A stretch of DNA of 49,685 bases from a virus. The notes under the pieces were generated by a model that saw only the letters and a program-made list of their open reading frames with translations, was not told the DNA's origin and did no database searches. Made by a program: the position numbers and the translations under genes. Numbering within the stretch: the first letter of the stretch is position 1; every line of letters begins with the position of its first letter. The stretch is taken from the IMG/VR virus record IMGVR_UViG_3300044652_000026, positions 1 to 49,685 of that record; one strand, 5' to 3'. Below are positions 27,198 through 34,446 of this stretch, piece by piece.

Positions 27198-27833
27198 ATG
27201 CCGAAGCCCGACGCATCGCCTGCCGCGCTTGAACTCTGGGAAGCGCTCGCGCCGGCGTTCACGGCCAACGACGAGCAGACCGACTACCTCTCGCTGCGCG
27301 TCTGCATGGCGATTACCGCCGGGTCCCTGGACCGGCTGCATTCCTACCTGATCGACGACATCACGAACCTGCCCGCATGGGCACCTCTCCTCGACCCCGA
27401 AAAAGCTCCGGCCGAGGCCCTGCCCTGGCTCGCTCAGTTCTCCGGCGCCGTCCTCACCCCCGAGATGACCGAGGCCGCGCGCCGGGCGGCGATCCAGACC
27501 CCCGAGGCGTTCAGCCGCGGTCGGCTCGCCTCTTTGGAAGCCGTCGCCAGGCGGCGCCTGACGGGGACGAAAACGGTCCTGGTCACCGAGCGCTATACCG
27601 GCAATGCCTGGCGCCTGCGGATCGAGACGCTGGCAGAAGAGACGCCCGACCCCGAAGGCACGCTGGCCGACATCCTCACCTACCAGAAGCCGATCGGCAT
27701 CGTCCTCTTCTTCAACACCCGCGCCGCCTGGACGTGGGGCGAGGTCAAAGCCGAGAAAGCCAAATATCCGACCTGGAAATCGATCAAAGAAGCATTTGCG
27801 ACCTGGAAAGACTTCCGTACCCACGAACCTTGA
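27198..27833 (+). CDS. Tail protein I-like (P2 gpI family)
   Basis: 211 aa with LLDPEKAPAEALPWLAQFSGAVL, characteristic of gpI-like proteins. Last gene of the baseplate block. Confidence 0.65.
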   Translation: MPKPDASPAALELWEALAPAFTANDEQTDYLSLRVCMAITAGSLDRLHSYLIDDITNLPAWAPLLDPEKAPAEALPWLAQFSGAVLTPEMTEAARRAAIQTPEAFSRGRLASLEAVARRRLTGTKTVLVTERYTGNAWRLRIETLAEETPDPEGTLADILTYQKPIGIVLFFNTRAAWTWGEVKAEKAKYPTWKSIKEAFATWKDFRTHEP

Positions 27834-27858
27834 CAAAGCGCAAGTAGCCGGATAGGCT
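27830..27858 (+). promoter_or_regulatory. Family promoter TTGACA-AAGCGCAAG...-TAGGCT (17-nt spacer)
   Basis: cTTGACAAAGCGCAAGtagccggaTAGGCT. The -35 overlaps the gpI stop codon. ATG 27865 lies 6 nt after the -10. Confidence 0.7.
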
Positions 27859-27864
27859 CTCGGC

Positions 27865-28026
27865 ATGGAGCATGAGCTTGTCGCATGGTGCTATTGCAAA
27901 TGCGTCGAACCCAGCGGGCGACCTGGGGAGCGATGCCTAGCGTGCCGTCAGCAGATCGAACCGGACATCGTGCAGCGCCAGAAGGAAGCTTGGGAGCGGA
28001 TCAACAGGAAGTGCCCCCATGCCTAG
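27865..28026 (+). CDS. 53-aa zinc-ribbon protein, probably leaderless
   Basis: MEHELVAWCYCKCVEPSGRPGERCLACRQQ... GC3-rich. Overlaps the next ATG (28019). Below the track cutoff. Confidence 0.55.
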   Translation: MEHELVAWCYCKCVEPSGRPGERCLACRQQIEPDIVQRQKEAWERINRKCPHA

Positions 28027-28495
28027 CCCGAGCCTCCCGGAGGGAGTGGACCTGCACGAGAGTGCCAGAAGAGCCGGAGTGGCTGTGCATTCGGGTCGGG
28101 AAGCGCAAATCAGCGATAACCGCGGTGTAGAGAGGGGCTGGATCAAGCTCGCCGACCTCCCCGCCATCCAAGCCCAGGCCCGAGAAGAGGAGCGTGAGCG
28201 GCGGGAAGCGATTGAACGCGAACATGCTGCCACGGCCTCGGCAATGCTCGACTACAAGGATCGCGCCGAAAAAGCCGAGGCCGCCCTCGCCACCGCCCGC
28301 TCCAAGGCGCGCGAGGAGGTCAGGGAGGCGCTGCCTTCGCGAGAAGAGATTGCGGCCCTCTTCCGCCGTCCCCCCGAACACGACCACGGTGCCTACCGCG
28401 ATGGTCCGTGTTTCGGCTGCTTGCAGGAATCCGCCAGGAGAAAGCTTGACAACGTCCTCGCCGCCCTCGACTCCCAGGAGCCCAAGGATGAGTGA
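28019..28495 (+). CDS. Hypothetical 158-aa protein with a charged coiled-coil centre
   Basis: AQAREEERERREAIEREHAATASAMLDYKDRAEKAEAALATARSKAREE. Ends ...QEPKDE. Confidence 0.65.
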   Translation: MPSPSLPEGVDLHESARRAGVAVHSGREAQISDNRGVERGWIKLADLPAIQAQAREEERERREAIEREHAATASAMLDYKDRAEKAEAALATARSKAREEVREALPSREEIAALFRRPPEHDHGAYRDGPCFGCLQESARRKLDNVLAALDSQEPKDE

Positions 28496-28703
28496 GCGGG
28501 AAAAGACACCGCAGGCCGAAGGGACCAAGGTTGACGCTCTCAAGCTGGGTGCCGACCTAATCGAACGGTTGATCGAAGAAAACCGCGCCCGCGCTCGTCA
28601 CGGGGCCAATTCAGAGGGTTCCTTCCTCGATGCTGTGCAGTACGGCGTCGCCCTCGGCCGCCTTCGCGCGATGGCCGAATACGAGGAGCCCAAGGATGGC
28701 TGA
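28488..28703 (+). CDS. Hypothetical 71-aa protein
   Basis: Internal ATG 28488 of track ORF 28194.., with an AAGGA SD inside the upstream gene's end. Ends ...EEPKDG. Confidence 0.6.
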   Translation: MSEREKTPQAEGTKVDALKLGADLIERLIEENRARARHGANSEGSFLDAVQYGVALGRLRAMAEYEEPKDG

Positions 28704-28821
28704 GGCATACGGATTCTGTGAATGGTGCGGTGCATGGCTCGGTCACTTTATGCGCCGTTGCTGGCGCTGCGGAGATATGCAGCCCCATCGGGAGCCCAAG
28801 GACCAGGAGGGTGGACGGTGA
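28696..28821 (+). CDS. 41-aa zinc-ribbon protein
   Basis: MAEAYGFCEWCGAWLGHFMRRCWRCGDMQ..., two CxxC motifs, coupled to both neighbours. Confidence 0.5.
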   Translation: MAEAYGFCEWCGAWLGHFMRRCWRCGDMQPHREPKDQEGGR

Positions 28822-29063
28822 GCAGCCGGAGACGACTCCTGACCGAGCCTCAGTACAGGCTGTTGAAGCGGCTAGCTGGTTACGACGACGACCTTGAGGT
28901 GCGACTCGGAAGTGCAAGGGATCGCGCTGTCGCTCGTCGGCTAGCGGCCCTCGACTGCGCGAGAGAGAGCAAAGAGGACTGGTGGTCGATCACCGACCAC
29001 GGCCGCAACATCCTCGAAATGGAGCGCGTCCACCACCGGGACCAGGAGGGTGGGGATGGCTGA
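28818..29063 (+). CDS. Small winged-helix-like DNA-binding protein (candidate regulator)
   Basis: GTGA-coupled GTG start. LTEPQYRLLKRLAGYDD...AVARRLAALDCARESKEDWWSITDHGRNILE resembles MarR/wHTH architecture (weak). Confidence 0.45.
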   Translation: MSSRRRLLTEPQYRLLKRLAGYDDDLEVRLGSARDRAVARRLAALDCARESKEDWWSITDHGRNILEMERVHHRDQEGGDG

Positions 29064-29817
29064 GAGCAACCAGATACCGGACGCCAACGCGATCATCCGT
29101 TGCAACCACCCGTATGGCGCTGAACAGTACATCGACGCCATCCGCTCCCACGAGCGCTCCCAGGTACTGGAGGAGGTGCAGAAAACGCTGACGCCACTCC
29201 TCAACGCAATCGCCCCTCAGGACGGATCGATGTCAGATTCGGCGCTGGTGCAGACGGAGGCCGAGCTGGTGTGGCTGGCGCTTCGCGATCTTGGCGTTTC
29301 CACGGCATGCGGGGAGTGCGGTGAGAACCCCGACCCAGAGACGGGGATTGTCCGGCACCGAGCATCCTGCCCCACCCTCGACTCCCATTCCCCCATAGAG
29401 CCCGAGGGGCAAGCGACGAAGGACGCGGCGACGATGCTGCGCGAGTTCCACTCTGTCTTCGCGCACCCTGACACGGACGCCCTTTGGCTGCGGCCGACGC
29501 TCCACCGGGAAGAGCACGCTGAGCTGATCGAGGCCCTGGAAGACGCCGAGAACGCCCCGTGTCGCGCGTCTCACGAGCAGGTAGCCCGCGAGTTGGCCGA
29601 TGTCGTCTACATCGCCTATGGAACGGCGCTGCTCTACGGGATTGACCTTGACGCGGCGCTTCGCGAGGTTCACCGGGCGAACCTGAGCAAGCTTGGCGAT
29701 GACGGACAGCCGATCCGCCGCGACGACGGAAAGGTGCTGAAGGGGCCGAACTTCTCGCCGCCCGACATGTCGGTTGCCCTTACCCAGCCCTCCTCCAATA
29801 CTGCTGAGCCTCAATAA
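29056..29817 (+). CDS. MazG-like nucleotide pyrophosphohydrolase (C-terminal domain) with an N-terminal extension
   Basis: REEHAELIEALED...ELADVVYIAYGTALLYGIDLDAALREVHRANLSKLGDDGQPIRRDDGKVLKGPNFSPPD. ATG 29056 follows GGAGGGTGGGG. Confidence 0.65.
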   Translation: MAESNQIPDANAIIRCNHPYGAEQYIDAIRSHERSQVLEEVQKTLTPLLNAIAPQDGSMSDSALVQTEAELVWLALRDLGVSTACGECGENPDPETGIVRHRASCPTLDSHSPIEPEGQATKDAATMLREFHSVFAHPDTDALWLRPTLHREEHAELIEALEDAENAPCRASHEQVARELADVVYIAYGTALLYGIDLDAALREVHRANLSKLGDDGQPIRRDDGKVLKGPNFSPPDMSVALTQPSSNTAEPQ

Positions 29818-30356
29818 GACGGCCAGCCGCCGCGGCCATAGTCGGCCCAGTGTCGGTGCGCGCAGATGTCCTGCTCACGCTTCGGCGCATCCCACGCCGT
29901 CGGCGCGAAGGACATGCAGCCGTGCAGCGCCCAAGCATCGAGCATCCCGTAGAGATTGCCGCCGCCAGCGCCGTATCCGGACTCATGCAGCGGGATCGTG
30001 CATTCGGTCGCCCACCACCGACCGGCACAGTAGAAGGGCGTGACGCGTTCGCGAAACAGCATCGCGCGGCGGTGGGCGTAGTAGGCGACCTTGTCGCGGC
30101 GCCAGGTGAGTCGCATGGCCGCGTGGTGATGGGCCGGAGCGCAGCCCAGACGCCCTCTCTGGGCCTCCAGGACTCTTTCTGGGGGTTGACCCCTGCGCCA
30201 TGCCTGGCGGCGCCACACGGACGCTGAGAACGGCTTAAACGCGGCGGCGGTGCATCTGACGGGAAGAGGCGTTGTCTTTTGAGTCTCGGCCACCGATGAC
30301 GTCGACACGCCGACAAGCGCGAGCGCCACGGTCGCCGCGAGGGCGATCCGCTTCAT
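29811..30356 (-). CDS. Secreted Rpf-like / transglycosylase-like domain protein
   Basis: Signal peptide MKRIALAATVALALVGVSTSSVA and an AGGAGA SD. The C-terminus ECTIPLHESGYGAGGGNLYGML..W...APKREQDICAHRHWADYGRGGW aligns by eye to the Rpf catalytic-domain pattern (CESGG..YYGGLQF..W...REQQI.VA......G..AW). Confidence 0.55.
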   Translation of the reverse strand: MKRIALAATVALALVGVSTSSVAETQKTTPLPVRCTAAAFKPFSASVWRRQAWRRGQPPERVLEAQRGRLGCAPAHHHAAMRLTWRRDKVAYYAHRRAMLFRERVTPFYCAGRWWATECTIPLHESGYGAGGGNLYGMLDAWALHGCMSFAPTAWDAPKREQDICAHRHWADYGRGGWPSY

Positions 30357-30442
30357 GGTTCTCTCCTACGTCGTGGCCTCGCGAGTGGCGGGACCGATTC
30401 GATGGGGGCCGGTTGGGCTTCCGTGTCGGATGGCGCGGGAGG

Positions 30443-30532
30443 CTAGCTGTCGCCGAGGACGGCCCCGCTCAGGCACCACGCGAGCGAGAGACAGACGATG
30501 GCGAGGGCGATATGCGCGAAGGTGTCGATCAT
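30443..30532 (-). CDS. 29-aa hydrophobic peptide (single TM)
   Basis: MIDTFAHIALAIVCLSLAWCLSGAVLGDS, ATGA-coupled to the upstream minus-strand gene. Below the track cutoff. Confidence 0.4.
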   Translation of the reverse strand: MIDTFAHIALAIVCLSLAWCLSGAVLGDS

Positions 30533-30939
30533 GCTGCAGCGCGTTTCGGTGCGGCGATCGGCGTTCCTGCCTCCAAGCGCCGCCATGCCGCGACCGTGCA
30601 TACCGCGCGCTCGCGCGTGGTCATCGGACGGCGTTCATAGGCCGCTTGCCACCGGAGTCGGTCCTCTTCGAGCAGGGCGCGTTCTTCGAGGACCAGCGAA
30701 GCAATCCCCGTGTCTTCGACTAGCCCTCCCTCACCCTGCGGGGCCTGGATGCGGTTGATCGCCGAGGACCACGCCTGCTCGAAGGGAACTTTGCGCTCCT
30801 GCATCAGCGAAAGGACGCGGCTCATGTAGTTGGAGGCGGTCGTCGGCTCATCGACGCCCGGAAGAGTCAGCAGGCTATCCGCGCCAAGCGCCGACAGCGA
30901 TGCCAGAAGGCCGTCAAAGCCGAGGTCGGAGCCGATCAC
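30529..30939 (-). CDS. Hypothetical protein; start uncertain (GTG 30939, ATG 30825, or track ATG 31050)
   Basis: Minus-strand ORF with GC3-rich codons and no recognisable motif. The longest form would overlap the divergent plus-strand gene. Confidence 0.45.
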   Translation of the reverse strand: MIGSDLGFDGLLASLSALGADSLLTLPGVDEPTTASNYMSRVLSLMQERKVPFEQAWSSAINRIQAPQGEGGLVEDTGIASLVLEERALLEEDRLRWQAAYERRPMTTRERAVCTVAAWRRLEAGTPIAAPKRAAA

Positions 30940-30996
30940 CTTGGGCCGAAAGCATAGCGCCAGGTGGGGCGGTTGCGGGGACTTTATGCTGAGCGG

Positions 30997-31428
30997 GTGA
31001 GTCGTCTCGTTCCGGTCCCGACCTGGCACCGCGCCTATGTGCGCTCGCATTGGGTGGGCCTCAGCGTCGCTTTCGGCGTGTGTATTAGTGGCCTGATCGC
31101 CCTATTCGCGCCCGAGGCCGTCGAGCAATCGGCGGCGGCAGTGGTGTTGCCGCGATGGGTGGTGATACTGCTCAACCTGACTTGGACGATCGGCGGCGGC
31201 GCTGCCACCGTGGGCATGTTGCGCGGCAACCGCCAGCTGCACGTCCCCGGCATGAGCCTGATCGGAGGCGGCCTGCTGGCCTACTACTCGGCAATCGTGG
31301 CGCTGCGACCCGACGCGGCCCTGCAGGTCTGCTTCATCGCGATTCTCGGCGTCGGATGCCTGCTGCACGCGATCTTCCTTGGACTCCACGGCTACTCGGG
31401 TACCGAGCGGGGGTTTCGGCAACGATGA
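30997..31428 (+). CDS. Four-TM membrane protein (holin-like candidate)
   Basis: GTG 30997 lies 6 nt after TATGCT (the track starts at GTG 30964). Four hydrophobic segments. First gene of the lysis block. Confidence 0.55.
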   Translation: MSRLVPVPTWHRAYVRSHWVGLSVAFGVCISGLIALFAPEAVEQSAAAVVLPRWVVILLNLTWTIGGGAATVGMLRGNRQLHVPGMSLIGGGLLAYYSAIVALRPDAALQVCFIAILGVGCLLHAIFLGLHGYSGTERGFRQR

Positions 31429-31748
31429 TCCCCTTCGCCGTTCTCGACCCGACGACCGTGATCGCCGTCGGCGCGGTCGTCATCAGCGCCCTCGGGGGCG
31501 TCTTCGGCGTGGTGAAGCTGCGGCCCGAAGCCGAAAGCATCGCCACGCGCACGACGCTCGAAGTGATCGAGTCCCAGCGCGAGCAGCTGAAAGAAGCCCG
31601 CGAAGAAGCGACCCAGCTGCGCAAGTCCCTGCGCAACCGCGAGGAAGAACTCGACGCCCTGCATCGACGTTTCACGACCCTGCGCGTGGACTTCGACGCC
31701 CTGGAGGCCGAGTTGAACGCCCTGCGCGGAGCCAATCATCCCGCGTAG
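31425..31748 (+). CDS. N-terminal TM anchor plus coiled-coil protein (lysis accessory candidate)
   Basis: MIPFAVLDPTTVIAVGAVVISALGGVFGVV then heptad-like EQLKEAREEATQLRKSLRNREEELDALHRRFTTLRVDFDALEAELNAL. ATGA-coupled. Confidence 0.6.
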   Translation: MIPFAVLDPTTVIAVGAVVISALGGVFGVVKLRPEAESIATRTTLEVIESQREQLKEAREEATQLRKSLRNREEELDALHRRFTTLRVDFDALEAELNALRGANHPA

Positions 31749-31780
31749 GGGCCGCGGGTGCGGGTGTTAGGCTGGCGACC

Positions 31781-32698
31781 ATGACCAAACTTCGCAAAGC
31801 GCTCGCTTCCCTTTCCCACTCCCTCGGCATCCAGCAGGCCCTGCGCGATCGCGCAGTCGGCCGCATGAAGGCCCGCCACGCCGGGCAAAAGAAAGCCGAA
31901 CGACAGGCCACTGCCGCCCGCGAGGCTGCGGCTCGCCTCCGAAAGGAAGCACACCACTTCCTCACCTTCGGCCCGAAAGTCGATCAGGCCAAGGGCGAAC
32001 GCAAGCTGCGTCGCGCCGAACGCAAGGGCGCGAAGGCGCTGCGCTATGACGCGAAGGCCGAGAAGGAAAAGGCACGCGCCGTCGTCTGGCGAGGCCGGGC
32101 ACGAAAGCTGTCGAACCGAATCGAGGGCGTCGAAACCCGCATCGACAAAGTGAAGGCCGAGTTGCGCAAGCTGGGGTCGGTTGTGAAAGGCAACCGAGTC
32201 GAGGGCGGCGATGAGTTCGAGCGCTGGAGGACGTGTCTGCTGGCCTCGGTCCACAACTGCGCCACCGCCGACCGTCGCAACGAATACTCGATGGGCGGCG
32301 ACTGGGACATCGACCACGAAATCGTCGGTGGTCCCGCGCCAGGCAACCGCTCCGATTGCTCCAGCACGGTCACCGGCTGGTCGAAGGCATGCGGCTTTCC
32401 CGACCCCAACGGCCAGGAATACAACGGCGGCTTCACCGGCACCCTGCTCACCGCCTCGGGCCGCTGGAAGCAGGTCAGCCTGGAGCACATGCTGAAGGCG
32501 CGTCGCCCGGCGTTCATCGTCTACGGCTATGGCAACGGCCACCATACCGAGGCATGGTGTCCGGCCATTGCCGACAACGGGGACTTCATCGACGCGATGC
32601 GGACCGCCGGTCACGGCTCCGATCCGGTCGATTTCGGCACCGTCCACCTGTTCGGCTCCGGCGAAGTGGAGCGCTACTTCATCCTGGCGGCCGAGTAG
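31781..32698 (+). CDS. Endolysin candidate: basic coiled-coil N-terminus plus C-terminal papain-like (NlpC/P60 or CHAP-type) cysteine peptidase
   Basis: ATG 31781 lies 7 nt after TAGGCT. GNRSDCSSTVTGWSKACGFPDPNG...GNGHHTEAW supplies Cys and His. The upstream part of track ORF 31379.. is Arg-rich and overlaps 31425..31748. Confidence 0.6.
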   Translation: MTKLRKALASLSHSLGIQQALRDRAVGRMKARHAGQKKAERQATAAREAAARLRKEAHHFLTFGPKVDQAKGERKLRRAERKGAKALRYDAKAEKEKARAVVWRGRARKLSNRIEGVETRIDKVKAELRKLGSVVKGNRVEGGDEFERWRTCLLASVHNCATADRRNEYSMGGDWDIDHEIVGGPAPGNRSDCSSTVTGWSKACGFPDPNGQEYNGGFTGTLLTASGRWKQVSLEHMLKARRPAFIVYGYGNGHHTEAWCPAIADNGDFIDAMRTAGHGSDPVDFGTVHLFGSGEVERYFILAAE

Positions 32699-32728
32699 GT
32701 CGCGAGCCATCTACCGAAAGGACACTCG

Positions 32729-33106
32729 ATGAACCCCGATTCCAAGATCAGCCGATGGGTCGCCTTCCTGCTGGCGCCCCTCGCCACGATCGCCGCGGGC
32801 CTCGTCGCCCACGCAGCCCTAGCGATCTTCAACGTGCAACTCGACCCCACCGCCACGGCGGCCTGGATGCTCGGCGCGATGGCCTCGCTCGCGGGCCTCG
32901 CCTACAAGTGGTTGCATAACCGAGGGCGCTACGAGATAGCGCATGTGCTCGGGACCAACCCCGACACCCTCGATACCGTCGCCACCGCCGTCCTAGATCG
33001 CCTTCCCGACGCGCCGCAGACTCCGGCCACGACTACGCCCAGTGAAGGCATGCCTCACCCGTTGACCCCCAGCGGGGGTCCGGGCGGTACCAGCCCCGGC
33101 CAGTAG
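32729..33106 (+). CDS. Two-TM membrane protein with a Pro/Thr-rich tail (holin-like candidate)
   Basis: GAAAGGA SD. Hydrophobic WVAFLLAPLATIAAGLVAHAALAIF and AAWMLGAMASLAGLAY. Confidence 0.6.
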   Translation: MNPDSKISRWVAFLLAPLATIAAGLVAHAALAIFNVQLDPTATAAWMLGAMASLAGLAYKWLHNRGRYEIAHVLGTNPDTLDTVATAVLDRLPDAPQTPATTTPSEGMPHPLTPSGGPGGTSPGQ

Positions 33107-33140
33107 ACTTCGCGTGGGAGTTCCTTTCCGCCGGACGACG

Positions 33141-33160
33141 AGCGCCTCTTCGGGGGCGCT
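33141..33160 (+). terminator. 8-bp stem with a UUCG tetraloop after the lysis block (no U-tract)
   Basis: agcgcctc-ttcg-ggggcgct. Confidence 0.4.
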
Positions 33161-33175
33161 TCGCCGTTCAGGGAC

Positions 33176-33205
33176 TTGACAAAGCGCAAGCGATTCCGAT
33201 AGGCT
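33176..33205 (+). promoter_or_regulatory. Family promoter TTGACA-AAGCGCAAG...-TAGGCT (18-nt spacer)
   Basis: cTTGACAAAGCGCAAGcgattccgaTAGGCT. ATG 33212 lies 6 nt after the -10. Confidence 0.7.
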
Positions 33206-33211
33206 ATGCCC

Positions 33212-33247
33212 ATGAACCGCAGTCGACGAAGGGAATCGCGATGCTGA
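33212..33247 (+). other. 11-codon leaderless upstream ORF (MNRSRRRESRC) whose stop overlaps the start of 33241..33519
   Basis: ATGAACCGCAGTCGAC is identical to the start of gene 42903. A 1-nt indel puts it out of frame with the downstream gene. Confidence 0.4.
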
Positions 33248-33519
33248 AGCAGCTGAACTACACCCGCCTCGAACACACCCGCGAGGGGCTGGCCGCCGAG
33301 TACTCGATCAGTGCTCCGGACAGCGATGGCGGCGAGTTGACCATCGTCCTCGCCGACCTCGGCGGGGGCAAACTCGCTCCGCAGATTCGCTGCTTCAGCG
33401 ACCAGCTGGGGGCGCTCGCCGACTTCCTGCTCTGGGGGGCGGCGAAGGTCCTCGACGGCGAATACGAGACACCGGAGGGCTTCGAGCAGGCGCTCCAGCA
33501 GATCGGCATCTGGGCCTGA
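33241..33519 (+). CDS. Hypothetical 92-aa protein
   Basis: GC3-rich; first full gene of the long early operon. Confidence 0.65.
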   Translation: MLKQLNYTRLEHTREGLAAEYSISAPDSDGGELTIVLADLGGGKLAPQIRCFSDQLGALADFLLWGAAKVLDGEYETPEGFEQALQQIGIWA

Positions 33520-33716
33520 TGTTCTTCTACAAGATCACCGAGCGCCAGAAGCGCGGCGACACGAAGACGTCTCGTAATACCTTCCATGAGTTCTTGCACA
33601 CGTCCGACCTTGGGAGCGTGGTGGGAACGATGATGCGCACCCGCTCGACGACCTCCGTCAGCGTCACGAAGATCAGCCAGGCGCACTACGTGCGGGCGAC
33701 GCGGGGGGGCGAGTGA
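33519..33716 (+). CDS. Hypothetical 65-aa basic protein
   Basis: TGATG-coupled; plausible codon usage. Confidence 0.5.
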   Translation: MFFYKITERQKRGDTKTSRNTFHEFLHTSDLGSVVGTMMRTRSTTSVSVTKISQAHYVRATRGGE

Positions 33717-33720
33717 GCGG

Positions 33721-33903
33721 ATGCGTGAATTGCCGGATTCCGTCGAGCTTGCCCGCCTCGCGTCCCTTGATCTAGGCAAGGACGTAACCTCGGATCACAT
33801 TCGGGCCTACTTGCTTATCGGCCTCAAAGGACTGACGGCGGCGGGCTTCGATCTTGAGGACGCCGAGGAAATCCAGGCGACCGTTTTGAAAGAGATGTCG
33901 TGA
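33721..33903 (+). CDS. Hypothetical 60-aa protein
   Basis: ORF from the track; compact spacing. Confidence 0.5.
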   Translation: MRELPDSVELARLASLDLGKDVTSDHIRAYLLIGLKGLTAAGFDLEDAEEIQATVLKEMS

Positions 33904-33943
33904 CTTCTCCGACCCTCTACCGCATCGTCGAGGGAGGCGAGTG

Positions 33944-34099
33944 ATGTTCGGCGCTCTCCTCTACGCGCTGTGTTTCGGCATAGGAACTGCCCTCATCCTG
34001 GAAGGATTCGGCGCTGGGGTGCCGTCCCCGTCGGGGATCGGTATTGGCCTTATCTGTGGCGTACTGGGAATTCTTGCCCAGAAAGCGATGGAACGATGA
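33944..34099 (+). CDS. 51-aa two-TM membrane protein
   Basis: GAGGGAGG SD. MFGALLYALCFGIGTALILEGFGAGVPSPSGIGIGLICGVLGILAQ. ATGA-coupled. Below the track cutoff. Confidence 0.55.
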   Translation: MFGALLYALCFGIGTALILEGFGAGVPSPSGIGIGLICGVLGILAQKAMER

Positions 34100-34446
34100 C
34101 CGAGCCGATTCTCTACCGCATCCTCGATTCCTACCCCTACCTGGAGCGCGAAGACGAATACTCCCGGCTGACACTGGAGGAAGCGGCCGTCCGCATGGAC
34201 GATCTGACCGGCGTCGGCGAGGACGTGATCTTGGCGGATTGGGATGAGCGGTGCCAGACTTGTGAGGGCCACGATCAACATCGAGTGGTCAATCCCGACT
34301 GGCCGTCAGGCAAGGGGGAGTACATCGAAAAGACTGACGAAACCTGTCCAGATTGCGGCGGCGACGGCAAGTGGGCCGGGCCGTGGGTCTGGAAAGACGA
34401 CGAAACCGGCCGGGAGGTCACGATGATGCGCGAGGTTGAGCCATGA
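34096..34446 (+). CDS. 116-aa zinc-finger protein
   Basis: Internal ATG 34096 of track ORF 33970... Motifs CQTCEGH ... CPDCGGDG. Confidence 0.6.
   Translation: MTEPILYRILDSYPYLEREDEYSRLTLEEAAVRMDDLTGVGEDVILADWDERCQTCEGHDQHRVVNPDWPSGKGEYIEKTDETCPDCGGDGKWAGPWVWKDDETGREVTMMREVEP

Noticed and set aside
25944-27866. 640-aa minus-strand ORF, the longest reverse ORF in the window
   Set aside because: It lies antisense to the well-supported baseplate J/I genes. Its composition is Arg/Gly/Asp/Pro-rich with no motif. Long shadow ORFs are expected in high-GC DNA because stop codons are rare opposite GC3-rich genes.
31379-31780. N-terminal extension of the endolysin ORF in the track
   Set aside because: Arg-rich and overlaps the TM/coiled-coil gene 31425..31748 in another frame. 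ATG 31781 follows a -10-like TAGGCT.
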